Source: Thermoanaerobaculia bacterium (GTDB taxonomy: Bacteria > Acidobacteriota > Thermoanaerobaculia > UBA5066). From it: a DNA stretch of 64,000 nt. The stretch's first letter is position 1. The number at the start of each line of letters is the position of its first letter. The notes below the pieces were generated by a model. The model had not been told where the DNA came from. It did not search any database and was given only the letters and a program-made list of their open reading frames with translations. The stretch spans positions 131,646-195,645 of the forward strand of contig JBBQRP010000001.1 in the NCBI GenBank assembly GCA_038214715.1, written 5' to 3'. The translations under genes and the position numbers were made by a program. Below, piece after piece: positions 24,743-34,926 of this stretch.

Positions 24743-26470
24743 TCAGATCGCTTCGTGCGAGATGGAGTCGCTGCTGATCGTGCACAGCGCTTCCCCCTGG
24801 ATCGGACCCTCCGCGACGGTGACGCAGTTTCGGCCGGCCTCCTTCGCTCGGTACAGCGCCGCGTCGGCGGCCCGGAGGAGAGCCGCGGCCCCCGGTGTCT
24901 GATGGGGTCCCGGTTCGTGAACGGCGAGCCCGATCGAGACCGTCGTCCCGCACTCGACGCCCGGAATGCGTATGTCCGCGACGGCCGCACGGGTCCTTTC
25001 GCAGCAGCGGTAGGCCTCTTCGCGCGAGATCTCCGGCAGAAGCAGGACGAACTCTTCCCCACCGAATCGCACGGCGAGGTCGGTCGCGCGCACGCACTCA
25101 CAAAGGCGCTCCCCCATCGCGATGAGCAGCCGGTCGCCCGCAAGATGCCCGAATCGGTCGTTGAAGTCCTTGAACCGGTCGAGATCCAGCACGGCGAGGG
25201 CGACCGCGCGTTTCGAGCGCCGGCTCCGGGCGAGCTCGAGCGCGATCCGGTCGAAGAGGCCGGTGCGATTTGGAAGGCCTGTCAGGGGGTCCGTGGCCGC
25301 GGCCGCGCGCAGGCGCGCCATCCGGTCCGCGACGACCGACAGGAACAGGACGGAGAACACGAGGAACGAGAGCCCGACGTATCGCGTCCTCACGCCCCAT
25401 GGAATGATCCCGAAGTCCTGTGTCATGTCGCGGAGAGCCGCGACGAAGATGCACCCGAACCCCACGAGAACGATCACCGCGTAGGGCGCCCGCCGGCGCA
25501 CCTTCCGGCCGAGAACCTGGATCACACGGACTCCGGACGCGATCACGGTCGCGTAGCAAAGCGGCAGGAGATGGTAGAGGTCGTCCACGCGCGGGAGCAC
25601 GAAGGCGACGACCATCCCGGCAAACTGGAGAGCGAGAAGGGCCCGGATCCAGCGCGGCAGCTTCAGGACGAAAAAATAGTGGAAGAAAAGGGTGAAGAGC
25701 ATGGACAGCGCGAACACGAGAGCGACGTTCGCGCGGAATATGAACGAGAGTGATACGCCGAACCGCGACCAGACCGAGAGCCACGAGACGACGTACGCGG
25801 CAACGCCCGCGGTCAGGAGGAAGAACAGCAGGAATTCACGCTGCCGGCGGTCCCTCAGGTAGACGAAGAGCGCGAAGAGTCCGAGCGAGAAGATGGCCGC
25901 CGCCACGAGGGCGAGCGGCGCCTCGAACATCGTGCGGTCCCAGCACGCTTCGGAAACCGTGTCGATTGCGGGAGCGGCGGTCAATCCTCCGCCGCGGGGG
26001 CCCGCGTTGAAGACGCGGATCGCGAGCACGTGTTCCCCCGGGACGATCGTGATCGCGGGCGGTAGCTCGTAAAGTCGCGCCTGAAGCGTCCCTTTGTCGT
26101 ACGCGGGAGGGAACGCGCCGGTGCCGCCCACTCTCACGCCGTCGAGAAACGTCTCGTCGACGTCGCGGATCTGGGAGCAGGTGAAGGCGAGCGAGTGCGC
26201 ACGTACCGCGGGCGACAGGGAGAACCGGAACCGGTACCAGGCGTAGCCGTGCGGGGCGACGCCGGCCTCCTGCCAGGATCCCGGGACCCGGATCGGACGG
26301 AAGGAAAGGGCGTCGAGGCCCGCGACTCCGCCCGGAGCGTCTCCGGTCGCGAACTCGGCAGCCGACGACAGGTCCGCGCGCAAGCCGTCCACGAGGAGCG
26401 GCGGGGAGCCCGCGCATAAGGGCAGCGAGGCGCCGAGCGCCAGCACGAGACTCCCAATGCACGCGCGCAT
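24743..26470 (-). CDS. Diguanylate cyclase with an N-terminal 7TMR-DISM sensor (extracellular DISMED2-like domain plus 7 TM) and a C-terminal GGDEF domain
   Basis: Signal peptide, a ~170-aa extracytoplasmic domain, seven hydrophobic helices, then RFGGEEFVLLLP (active GGEEF) with the rest of the GGDEF core. Confidence 0.9.
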   Translation of the reverse strand: MRACIGSLVLALGASLPLCAGSPPLLVDGLRADLSSAAEFATGDAPGGVAGLDALSFRPIRVPGSWQEAGVAPHGYAWYRFRFSLSPAVRAHSLAFTCSQIRDVDETFLDGVRVGGTGAFPPAYDKGTLQARLYELPPAITIVPGEHVLAIRVFNAGPRGGGLTAAPAIDTVSEACWDRTMFEAPLALVAAAIFSLGLFALFVYLRDRRQREFLLFFLLTAGVAAYVVSWLSVWSRFGVSLSFIFRANVALVFALSMLFTLFFHYFFVLKLPRWIRALLALQFAGMVVAFVLPRVDDLYHLLPLCYATVIASGVRVIQVLGRKVRRRAPYAVIVLVGFGCIFVAALRDMTQDFGIIPWGVRTRYVGLSFLVFSVLFLSVVADRMARLRAAAATDPLTGLPNRTGLFDRIALELARSRRSKRAVALAVLDLDRFKDFNDRFGHLAGDRLLIAMGERLCECVRATDLAVRFGGEEFVLLLPEISREEAYRCCERTRAAVADIRIPGVECGTTVSIGLAVHEPGPHQTPGAAALLRAADAALYRAKEAGRNCVTVAEGPIQGEALCTISSDSISHEAI

Positions 26471-26526
26471 TTGCGCGATCTTCTCGCGAAAGGCAACGGC
26501 GGATCAACCCGGGAAAGACCCGAGCC

Positions 26527-28002
26527 TCAGGCGGTCTCCGGCTCCCGCGGCGCGCCGCGCCGATCGGGGAACCTCTGCGTCACGGCGAGGTTGACGAGCG
26601 CGAGGACAAGGAGCACCGCGAAGACGGGGAGAAGCGACTGCTCGAGCGCGAGCCGCATCTCGCGGGGAACATGCCCCTCCGTCAGGAGGGAGCCGGCCGA
26701 GTCGGCCGCGGCTCCCATCCGGTGCGTCAGGCCAGTCGCCAGGATTCCGCCGAGGGCTCCGACGCCGAGCGACCCTCCGACCGTGCGGAAGAACGGAACG
26801 AGGCTCGTCGCGACTCCCCGGCGACGCTCGTCGACGACGTTCTGGATCGCGAGGACCTGTGAGAGGGAGGACGGGCCGAGTCCGGCCCCGATGAGGCCGC
26901 AGGCCGCGCTGATCGCCGCCACGGGGGCGTCGAACCGAGCGGCCACGAGGAGCCCCACGAAGCCCACGAGAATCAGGAGGGCGCCCGCGCGCGCCGTCTT
27001 CCGGAAACCGAAGCGGACGATGATCCGCGCCGCGATCGCCGCCGAGATCGCCCAGAAGAGAACGAGCGGGGTGATGACCGCGCCGGCCGCTCCCGCCGTA
27101 CCCCCGCGCGCGCCCTGCACGAAGAGAGGTACGAACGTGTCGACTCCGTAAATCGTCGTTCCGAGAAGGATCCCGCCGACGTAAGGAGCCGCGGTGTCCG
27201 CGTGCCGGAAGAGCTCCGGAGGAATGAGAGGGTGCGTTCTCCGGGACTGCAGCCTCGCGAAGAGTCCGAGCAGCGCGAAGCCCGCGAAACCGAGGGCGAC
27301 CCGCGCCAGGCTCCCGAGGGCGCCCGCTCCCGCCTTCTCGAGCACGGCGAAAAGGAGAGCGACGATGCCGAGCGCGAGCGTCAGGGCACCCGCGACGTCG
27401 ATGGGGTCGGTTCCCGGCTTGCGCGATTCGATCATTTTCGTCCCGACGAGGAAGAGGGCGACGATGCCGAGCGGGACGTTGATCGTGAAGATCGAGCGCC
27501 ATCCGAAGGAGACCGTCAGGAACGCGCCGAGGAGCGGGCCCACGAGGCTCGCGAAGCCCCATACACCGCTGAAGAACGCCTGCACCCGCGCCCGCTCTTC
27601 CAAGGAATAGAGATCGCCGGACACGGTGAGCGCGATCGGCACGAGGCCGCCCGCCCCGAGCCCCTGGAGGCCGCGGGCGACGATGAGCTGCGGCATCGAC
27701 CGGGCGAGCGCGCACGCCACCGCCCCGACGAGGAACACGATCGTCGCGCCCATCAGGATGCGCCGCCGGCCGTAGATGTCCGCGAGCCGCCCGTAGATCG
27801 GCATCGTGATCGTGGAGGCGAGGAGGTAGATCGAGAACACCCAGGAGTAAAGAGGCAGACCGTGGAGCTCTCCGATGATCGTCGGCATGGCCGTCGACAC
27901 CACCGTCGACTCGAACGACGAAAGAGCCGTCACGAGAAGGAGGGCGAGCGTGACCGCGCGGCGGCGCGCGGGGTCGAAGCGGGGCGCCACGGCGGACGAC
28001 AT
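26527..28002 (-). CDS. MFS transporter (14-TM drug:H+ antiporter type)
   Basis: Motif A-like GRLADIYGRRRIL. GLQGLGAGGL. About 14 predicted helices. Confidence 0.9.
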   Translation of the reverse strand: MSSAVAPRFDPARRRAVTLALLLVTALSSFESTVVSTAMPTIIGELHGLPLYSWVFSIYLLASTITMPIYGRLADIYGRRRILMGATIVFLVGAVACALARSMPQLIVARGLQGLGAGGLVPIALTVSGDLYSLEERARVQAFFSGVWGFASLVGPLLGAFLTVSFGWRSIFTINVPLGIVALFLVGTKMIESRKPGTDPIDVAGALTLALGIVALLFAVLEKAGAGALGSLARVALGFAGFALLGLFARLQSRRTHPLIPPELFRHADTAAPYVGGILLGTTIYGVDTFVPLFVQGARGGTAGAAGAVITPLVLFWAISAAIAARIIVRFGFRKTARAGALLILVGFVGLLVAARFDAPVAAISAACGLIGAGLGPSSLSQVLAIQNVVDERRRGVATSLVPFFRTVGGSLGVGALGGILATGLTHRMGAAADSAGSLLTEGHVPREMRLALEQSLLPVFAVLLVLALVNLAVTQRFPDRRGAPREPETA

Positions 28003-28237
28003 GGGCGCGCGAGAGTAGCAGGCGACCTTCGTTATGAGGGTCGGCGGCCGGTTCTGGTCCGTCTACATTCCTGGGCCGGCGGCCGGCGACGGTGTAGAGG
28101 ACGACGCTCGCAAGAACCAGGAGGGCGCGCCGCGGTCGCGAGCCTTTCGTCGACGGAGAAGTCCATCGGTGCGGGGAAAGCTACCATTTCCGCACGGGAC
28201 CGTCCGGGGCTCTAGAATCCCCCGCGCGGAGGGGCGC

Positions 28238-28948
28238 ATGGAGCTCAAGGGACGGGTCGTCCTCATCACGGGCGCGGGGCGCGGAATCGGACGCGCGATG
28301 GCGCACGCTTTCGCGGCGGCGGGGGCAAAAGTAGCTCTGCTCGGCAAGACGAAGAAGAACCTCCTCGAGGTCCAGAAGGAGCTCAAGGACTCGGACGTCC
28401 CGACCGTCGTCCTCGCGGCGGACGTCTCCGACGAGGGCGCGGTCTCGCGGGCCGTCGCGGCCGCCGAGCAGCAGCTCGGACCCGTGGATGTCCTCGTGAA
28501 CAACGCGGGGATCTTCGTGATGGCGCCGGTCGAGAAGATGGATACGCTCGCCTTCGAGCGAACGCTCGCCGTCAACCTGCGCGGCCCGTTCCTCATGTCG
28601 CGCGCCCTGCTGCCCGGTATGAAGGCGCGCAAGCGGGGCCACATCGTGAACATCTCCTCGACCGCGGGGCGGCGCGGATTCGCGGGTGGCAGCGCGTATT
28701 GCGCGTCGAAATTCGGGCTCGCGGGCCTCACGGAGGCGATGCGGTACGAAGTCCGCACCTCCAACGTCCGGGTCACCTGCGTCTACCCGTCCACAGTGAA
28801 CACGGACCTCGCGAAGAAGGGCGGGTTGGATTTCGCGGAGGATCGCGTGATCCAGCCCGAGGACGTCGCGGCGGCGGTCGTCGCGCTCGTCGCGATGGAC
28901 GACCGCGCAATGCCGACGAGCCTCGAGATCTGGCAGACGAATCCGTGA
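28238..28948 (+). CDS. Short-chain dehydrogenase/reductase (SDR)
   Basis: TGAGRGIGRA Rossmann motif, NNAG, S...YCASK catalytic triad/tetrad spacing. Start at ATG 28238. The upstream part of the track ORF is not coding. Confidence 0.85.
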   Translation: MELKGRVVLITGAGRGIGRAMAHAFAAAGAKVALLGKTKKNLLEVQKELKDSDVPTVVLAADVSDEGAVSRAVAAAEQQLGPVDVLVNNAGIFVMAPVEKMDTLAFERTLAVNLRGPFLMSRALLPGMKARKRGHIVNISSTAGRRGFAGGSAYCASKFGLAGLTEAMRYEVRTSNVRVTCVYPSTVNTDLAKKGGLDFAEDRVIQPEDVAAAVVALVAMDDRAMPTSLEIWQTNP

Positions 28949-29718
28949 CGCGCCCCGCCGCGGGGGCGAGGCCGCACACGGCCGGCGCGGCGCCCCACGC
29001 GAAGGGCACGTCGCGCCCCCGTCCCCGCCACCACCACGTCGAGGCGCACTTCTCGGGCTCGGAAACGGTACGCGACGTGGTCCTCGGGATGTCCGACGGC
29101 CTCACGGTTCCCTTCGCGCTCGCGGCAGGCCTCTCGGGCGCGGTCGCGAGCTCCCGCGTGATCCTCGTGGCGGGCGTGGCCGAGCTGGCCGCGGGAGCAA
29201 TCGCGATGGGTCTCGGCGGATACCTCGCCGCCAAGAGCGAGACGGACACCTGGCACAGCGAGCTCAAACGGGAATACGACGAAGTGAAGGACGTCCCCAC
29301 CGAGGAGCAGGAAGAGGTCCGCAAGGTCTTCCGCGGATGGGGCCTCGAAGGAAGCACTCTCGAGGCGGCGACACACGCCGTCTGCGCCGATCACGACCGC
29401 TGGGTGGACTTCATGATGCGCGAGGAGCTCAACCTCTCGGAGCCCGACCCGAAGAGGGCCCGCGTGTCGGCGCTCACGATCGGGGGGTCGTACGTCGTCG
29501 GCGGCGCGATCCCGCTCGCGCCCTACCTCCTCGGGATGCCCGTCACCCGGGCGCTCGCCGTGTCCGTCGTCGTCACGCTCATCGCGCTCGCCATTTTCGG
29601 GGCGTTCAAGGGGAAGCTGACGGGGCGCCCGCTCGTGAGCGAAGCGCTCCGGACCGTCCTCGTCGGCGCGCTCGCGTCGGGAGCGGCGTACACTCTGGCG
29701 CGCCTGATTTCGGGCTGA
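28945..29718 (+). CDS. VIT1/CCC1-family (DUF125) membrane transporter (Fe/Mn)
   Basis: SETVRDVVLGMSDGLTVPFALAAGLSGA and a C-terminal 3-TM block. GTG start overlaps the SDR stop. Start is uncertain. Confidence 0.75.
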   Translation: MTRPAAGARPHTAGAAPHAKGTSRPRPRHHHVEAHFSGSETVRDVVLGMSDGLTVPFALAAGLSGAVASSRVILVAGVAELAAGAIAMGLGGYLAAKSETDTWHSELKREYDEVKDVPTEEQEEVRKVFRGWGLEGSTLEAATHAVCADHDRWVDFMMREELNLSEPDPKRARVSALTIGGSYVVGGAIPLAPYLLGMPVTRALAVSVVVTLIALAIFGAFKGKLTGRPLVSEALRTVLVGALASGAAYTLARLISG

Positions 29719-29875
29719 CCGCGCCTCGCGGACCATCGGGTTGAGACGCAGCCTCAAGAGGGTGATCCGTTTGCACCATTGAGGAAGCGGGCGCCTCCCC
29801 GCACTCTCCAGCGCACCCGAAGGACCGGTCCCGGGAGCGGACTCCCCGCCCGGCCCGCGGAGAAGCGAGGCCACG

Positions 29876-31648
29876 ATGCCGAAACGAGAGATCACGATCG
29901 CCATGGTCGGCGCCGGCGGTGACGGAATCGTCACGATGGGCGACGTCCTGTCGCAGGCCGCCGCGCGCGACGGCCTGAACGTCCTGAAGACCGAAGCCTA
30001 CGGACCCCAGATCCGGGGCGGAGAGTCCTCGTGTGTCGTCAGGATCAGCGCGGACCCCATCTACGAGTCGGGGGACGGCGCGGACGTCCTCGTCGTCTTC
30101 AGCTGGGCCGACTTCAGCCGCTTCAAGGGAGAGTGCACGCCCGCGAAGAACGCGGTCGTCCTCTCGGACGATGCCGATCCCGTCGCCCGCACCCGCGAGG
30201 ATCTCGGCCTCTCCGCCGACGCGGTCTTCCTCAAGCTGCCGTTCGGAAAGCTCTCGACGGAGTCGGGCGCGAAGGGCTCGAAGAATCTCGTCGGCATGGG
30301 CGTCCTCACGGCGCTCTTCGGGCTCCCCGTCGACACACTCCGCCGGGCGGTCGTGTCCCGATTCGGGCGGAAAAAGGCGGCCGTGGGAGAAGGCGCGCTG
30401 AAGGCGTTCGAGGCCGGACTCCTCCTCGGCCAGTCGCTGCCGCAGATGCCGGAGCGGCGCCTTGGATTCACCCCGGGACCGGCGAAGCTCATCATGTCGG
30501 GCAACGAGGCGACGGCGATCGGCGCGCTGCACGCGGGCTGCCGTTACTTCGCGGGCTACCCCATCACACCCTCGACCGAGATCCTCATGTTCCTGGACGA
30601 GTGGCTCCCGAAGATGGGCGGTTCCCTCGTGCAGACCGAAGACGAGCTCTCCGCGATCGGCGCGGTCCTCGGCGCGTCCTTCGCGGGCGAGAAGGCGATG
30701 ACGGCGACGTCCGGCCCCGGCCTCTCCCTCATGACCGAGATGCTCGGCCTCGCTTCCATGGCCGAGCTTCCCTGCGTCGTCGTGAACGTGCAGCGCGGGG
30801 GTCCATCCACCGGACTCCCCACGAAGAGCGAGCAGTCGGACCTTTTCCAGGCGGTCTACGCGGGGCACGGCGACATGCCGCGCGTCGTCCTCGCCTGCTC
30901 GGACGTCGAGGACTCCTTCCACACGACGGTCGACGCGTTCAATATCGCCGAGGAGTACCAGATCCCCGTCATCGTCCTCTCGGACCAGCTCGTCGCGGGA
31001 AGGCGCGAGACGTTCGATCCGGCGTCCCTCGTCCACGAGGTCCGCGAGCGGCGGCTTCCGTCCGCCGGGGATCTGGCCGATTACAAGAGGTACCGCGAGA
31101 CGGCCGACGGCGTCTCGCCGATCGCGCGCCCGGGCGTCAAGGGCGGGATCTACCAGACGAACGGGCTCGAGCACGACGAATCGGGCAGCCCCGGATCCGG
31201 TTACGACCTTCACGAGGAGATGAACGCGAAGCGCTATCGCAAGCTCGGCCCCATCCGCGACGCCTACACATTCCACCGCCGGTACGGCCCGCCCCACGCG
31301 GACGTCGGTATCGTGTGCTGGGGATCGTCGAAGGGCGCGGTGCGCGAGGCGGTCCGGCGCGCGAACGAGCGGGGAGAGAAGGTCGCCGCGTTCGTGCCCC
31401 AGATGATCTATCCGTTCCCGAAGAAGGAGTTCGAGGCCTTCCTGGAATCCGTCGAGCAGGTCCTCGTCGTCGAGCTCTCGTATTCCGCGCAGTTCTACAA
31501 GTACCTGCGCTCGTTTCTCGATTTCCCGAAAGGACGCACGCGCGTCTACAAGAGGTCGGGCGGAAAGAACCTGACCGTTGCCGAAGTGGACGCGGAGATC
31601 GTCGCGCTCCTCGCGTCTGGTCGCGCCACTGAAAAGGTGTCCGCATGA
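29876..31648 (+). CDS. korA: 2-oxoacid (2-oxoglutarate-type):ferredoxin oxidoreductase, alpha subunit (fused gamma+alpha)
   Basis: MVGAGGDGIVTMG...EAYGPQIRGGES (gamma-type N-terminus) followed by alpha-type domains. 590 aa. ATGA overlap with the beta subunit. Confidence 0.9.
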   Translation: MPKREITIAMVGAGGDGIVTMGDVLSQAAARDGLNVLKTEAYGPQIRGGESSCVVRISADPIYESGDGADVLVVFSWADFSRFKGECTPAKNAVVLSDDADPVARTREDLGLSADAVFLKLPFGKLSTESGAKGSKNLVGMGVLTALFGLPVDTLRRAVVSRFGRKKAAVGEGALKAFEAGLLLGQSLPQMPERRLGFTPGPAKLIMSGNEATAIGALHAGCRYFAGYPITPSTEILMFLDEWLPKMGGSLVQTEDELSAIGAVLGASFAGEKAMTATSGPGLSLMTEMLGLASMAELPCVVVNVQRGGPSTGLPTKSEQSDLFQAVYAGHGDMPRVVLACSDVEDSFHTTVDAFNIAEEYQIPVIVLSDQLVAGRRETFDPASLVHEVRERRLPSAGDLADYKRYRETADGVSPIARPGVKGGIYQTNGLEHDESGSPGSGYDLHEEMNAKRYRKLGPIRDAYTFHRRYGPPHADVGIVCWGSSKGAVREAVRRANERGEKVAAFVPQMIYPFPKKEFEAFLESVEQVLVVELSYSAQFYKYLRSFLDFPKGRTRVYKRSGGKNLTVAEVDAEIVALLASGRATEKVSA

Positions 31649-32538
31649 GCGAAGCCGTGACCCTCCCCGAACCGATGCCCCTGGAATTCAAGCCCGCCGA
31701 TTACAAGACCGATCTCAAGCCCGTCTGGTGCGCCGGTTGCGGCGACTTCGGCGTCCTGACCGGTCTCTATCGCGCGCTCACCGAAATGCAGGTCAAGCCG
31801 TGGGAGACCGTCGTCGTCTCGGGGATCGGCTGCTCCTCGCGCCTCCCGGGCTACGTCGACACGTACGGCGTGAACAGTCTGCACGGCCGGGCGCTTCCGC
31901 TCGCGGCGGGCGTCAAGGTCGCGCGTCCCGACCTCACGGTCATCGCGGTGGGTGGAGACGGCGACGGAATCGCGATCGGCGGCAACCACTTCATGCACGC
32001 CGCGCGGCGGAACCTCGACGTCACGTACCTCATCATGGACAACGAGATCTACGGGCTGACGAAGGGGCAGGCGGCTCCGACGACTCCCGCGGGCGACAAG
32101 ACGAAGTCGACTCACTACGGCAATCCGGAGCCTTCGGTCGACCCGTGCGAGTTCGCGATCTCGTTCGGCGCGACGTGGGTCGGGCGGGCATTCTCGGGAG
32201 ACCTCAAGGGAACCGTCGAGCTCATGGTGAGCGCCCTCTCCCACAAGGGATTCGCGTTCCTGAACATCATGTCCCCCTGCGTCACGTGGCGCGGCGACGA
32301 CCAGTTCAAGGCGCTCAAGGCGAAGCAGCGGCGAATTCCCGAAGGCCACGACGCCTCGTCACGGGCCGCGGCGCTCGCCTACACGCGCGAGACGGAGTTC
32401 GTCACGACCGGAATCCTCTACGCCGTCTCTCAGCCCACTCTTCTCGACCGCCTCGCGACCGTCAAGAAGAGCGCGCTCGCGGGCAAACCGCAGTCGACGG
32501 TCGCCGACATCATCAAGAGCTTTCAGCCGTCGTTCTGA
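31645..32538 (+). CDS. korB: 2-oxoacid:ferredoxin oxidoreductase, beta subunit (TPP-binding)
   Basis: CAGCGDFGVL, GIGCSSR, the TPP-binding motif GDGDGIAIGGNHF, and NEIYGLTKGQ. Confidence 0.9.
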   Translation: MSEAVTLPEPMPLEFKPADYKTDLKPVWCAGCGDFGVLTGLYRALTEMQVKPWETVVVSGIGCSSRLPGYVDTYGVNSLHGRALPLAAGVKVARPDLTVIAVGGDGDGIAIGGNHFMHAARRNLDVTYLIMDNEIYGLTKGQAAPTTPAGDKTKSTHYGNPEPSVDPCEFAISFGATWVGRAFSGDLKGTVELMVSALSHKGFAFLNIMSPCVTWRGDDQFKALKAKQRRIPEGHDASSRAAALAYTRETEFVTTGILYAVSQPTLLDRLATVKKSALAGKPQSTVADIIKSFQPSF

Positions 32539-32559
32539 CGGCGCTTCGCCACGGGGCTT

Positions 32560-32593
32560 GGGCCGCGAATCGCGCGGCCCTTTTCTTTTCTCC
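32560..32593 (+). terminator. Rho-independent terminator after korB
   Basis: GGGCCGCG-aatc-gCGCGGCCC stem followed by TTTTCTTTTCTCC. Confidence 0.6.
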
Positions 32594-32611
32594 TATCCGT
32601 TCATGCCGGGA

Positions 32612-33346
32612 TCACTTCGCCGTCCATTCCCGGAGCCGTGCCGGGGGCGTCGGTGTCGGAGCGAGGACATTCACGCTGGTCGTCGCTTTCCGGAGCGACG
32701 TTACGACCGCAAGCACCTGGACGGTCCTGGTTTGGGAAACCCCGTGCTCGTTGCGGATCTGCACACCGAACGAACCGATCTTGCGGAGACCAGCGGGCCA
32801 CGTGAACGGCTGCCTGCCGTAGTTGAAGACCCCGCCGACCTGGACGCCGTCAACCCAGATCGTCGACTTCGTGACCCAGTTGTCGCCGGTCAGCCAGAGA
32901 TTCCAGCGCGCCTCGTCCGCTCCCTGAATCCGGATCTGGTCAGGCTGCACGGGATTGAGGGTCGGAGGGTCGGAGGTGACCTTCACGGAGAAGACGTTCG
33001 AGGCGATGCCGTCGCGTTTGATCATGAACTCGAGTGCGCCCGGTGAATTGAGAAGCGGAAGCGAGTCCATCCAGGCCTCGATGTGCGTGCCGGCGATGCC
33101 GCCGATCAGGACCGTCTGGAACGGGAGGTTCTGCCGACGCACGTAAAGGGACCAGCGACCGGGATCCATGGGTCCGGAGGGCCAGAAGTCCCGGCCGTAG
33201 ACAATCACGCCGACAGACTTCTGCGTCGAGAACGTCGAGAGCTGGGCCGGGTTCAGTCCCGTGATGACGGGGGGCGCGGCCAGGAGGGAAGCCGGAAAGA
33301 CCAGGAGCGACACGAGCGCCACTCCGCACGTGACGACGCACTTCAT
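32612..33346 (-). CDS. Secreted hypothetical protein with IPT/TIG-like beta-sandwich repeats
   Basis: Signal peptide MKCVVTCGVALVSLLVFPASLLAAP. PVITGLNP.Q... and PTLNPVQPDQIRIQG resemble IPT/TIG starts. Confidence 0.6.
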   Translation of the reverse strand: MKCVVTCGVALVSLLVFPASLLAAPPVITGLNPAQLSTFSTQKSVGVIVYGRDFWPSGPMDPGRWSLYVRRQNLPFQTVLIGGIAGTHIEAWMDSLPLLNSPGALEFMIKRDGIASNVFSVKVTSDPPTLNPVQPDQIRIQGADEARWNLWLTGDNWVTKSTIWVDGVQVGGVFNYGRQPFTWPAGLRKIGSFGVQIRNEHGVSQTRTVQVLAVVTSLRKATTSVNVLAPTPTPPARLREWTAK

Positions 33347-33474
33347 CTGGGTCCCTCGTTTCTCTATCTCGTTCGAGTTGAGGTCATGTCACAAGCTCCC
33401 GGCGGCTCGTCCTCCTGTCGGATAATTACGAGATCAACTCGCCTGTTCCGCTCAATGGCTTCTAGAGTGATGCC

Positions 33475-34926
33475 TCAGCGCCCCCGCATCTCGTAGACGA
33501 AGCCCATGCCGGGGGTCTTCTTCGCCTCGAGCTCGGCACGGAATGCGCGCGCGGCGACCACGTCCGGGAATTCGCCCGCGACGACGCGATACCAGACGCC
33601 TTTGTCTCCGAGGTCGACCTCGACGGCGCGCGCGGTCGTCCTGAGCGCCGCTCCGAGCTTCTGCGCCTCCTTCGCGGCGCTCGCGCGGTCCTTCGTCGAC
33701 GAGAAATGGATGACGTAAACGGTGGGCTTTCCGCTCCAGTCCGGCGTCAGGAGAACGGCCGCCTTCCCGCGCGGCACGACGGGCGCGGGCTTCGCCGAAG
33801 GAGCCCCTGGCTTCGCCGAAGGAGCCGCCGGTTTCGCGACAACCGGAGCGGCGGTCGGGATCGCGGCGGGTACGGCCGTCGGCACTGGAGTTGGCTCGGC
33901 ACTCCTCGCCGCGACGGCTGGAGCAGGCTTCACGATCGCGTTCCGGAAAACGAATTCCCTCACGGCCCATGCGAGGAAGGCCCCGACCAGGGCGACGAGC
34001 GCGATCGCAACGATCCACCCTCTCAGTCCCGACCGGACGGCCGGAGGAGGAGGCTCATCGGCCGCCTTGAAGTGGAATTCCTCGATCGCCGGCTGTTCGG
34101 CGTCGTCCTCGAACACTTCGTCGAGAGGCGGGATCTCCGAGAAGGAGAGGGCCGCCGGCTCGTCGTGCACGTCGGGAGTCGCCGGAGCTTCCGGCTCCCG
34201 CGGATGCACGAGCGGAATCGAGGGAGCGGAGGCGACCGCCGGCCGCTCGAGCGGCGTCGGGGCGTCCTCCGGAAAATCGAACGAGAGCTCCGGTGCCGAA
34301 GGTGTCGCGTCGGGTATGTACGTGACCGGCGCGGGCGCGCCCGGAACCGGCACGGACTGCGGACGCGGCGGCACGAACGCGCCTGGCGCGAACGTGAGCG
34401 GTCGGAGAGGCTGTCCGCGCTCCCGCACGGATTCGATCGGCGCCGAGATCTCGGCGGGACCGCGCGACCGATGCGGGATCGGCAGGATCGCCGACCGGAA
34501 CGGCGCGTCCTCGGGCTGGATCGGGAGATCCTTCTCCCAGTTGAGATCCGAGCGGGACGCGAGATCCTGAAAAGGATCGTCGACGCCCGCGGCTTTCGGC
34601 GGCCCCGCCGGCGCGTCGCGCGCCGGAATCGGGCGCGCGGGGAAAACGGGCATCGGCGGCGGCGGAGCCTCCGAAACGGGAGTCCCGCTCCCATCTCTTT
34701 CGAGCTGCAGGCGCGCCCGTTTCACGAGAACGTCCAGCGGTGCGGCCTCGAATCCCTGCTTCACCTTCGCGAGCTCTTCGCCAACGACACCGCGCGCCGC
34801 CTTGAAGAGGACGGCCGGGTCCGCCGAGACGACCTTCGCGAGCTCCCGTACGACGTCCGTGACGGACGGCAGCATCCTCTTCCTCGGCCCGGGGTCGCGC
34901 GGAAAACCCGTGTCGAGCGGACTCAT
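33475..34926 (-). CDS. SPOR-domain protein: cytoplasmic N-terminal region, long Pro-rich linker, single TM, C-terminal peptidoglycan-binding SPOR domain
   Basis: TM helix GWIVAIALVALVGAFLAWAV. C-terminal YVIHFSSTKDRASAAKEAQKLGAAL...GVWYRVVAGEFPDVVAARAFRAEL fits the SPOR fold pattern. ATG start overlaps the upstream actin-like gene stop (ATGA). The upstream part of track ORF 33475..35307 is an artefact. Confidence 0.75.
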   Translation of the reverse strand: MSPLDTGFPRDPGPRKRMLPSVTDVVRELAKVVSADPAVLFKAARGVVGEELAKVKQGFEAAPLDVLVKRARLQLERDGSGTPVSEAPPPPMPVFPARPIPARDAPAGPPKAAGVDDPFQDLASRSDLNWEKDLPIQPEDAPFRSAILPIPHRSRGPAEISAPIESVRERGQPLRPLTFAPGAFVPPRPQSVPVPGAPAPVTYIPDATPSAPELSFDFPEDAPTPLERPAVASAPSIPLVHPREPEAPATPDVHDEPAALSFSEIPPLDEVFEDDAEQPAIEEFHFKAADEPPPPAVRSGLRGWIVAIALVALVGAFLAWAVREFVFRNAIVKPAPAVAARSAEPTPVPTAVPAAIPTAAPVVAKPAAPSAKPGAPSAKPAPVVPRGKAAVLLTPDWSGKPTVYVIHFSSTKDRASAAKEAQKLGAALRTTARAVEVDLGDKGVWYRVVAGEFPDVVAARAFRAELEAKKTPGMGFVYEMRGR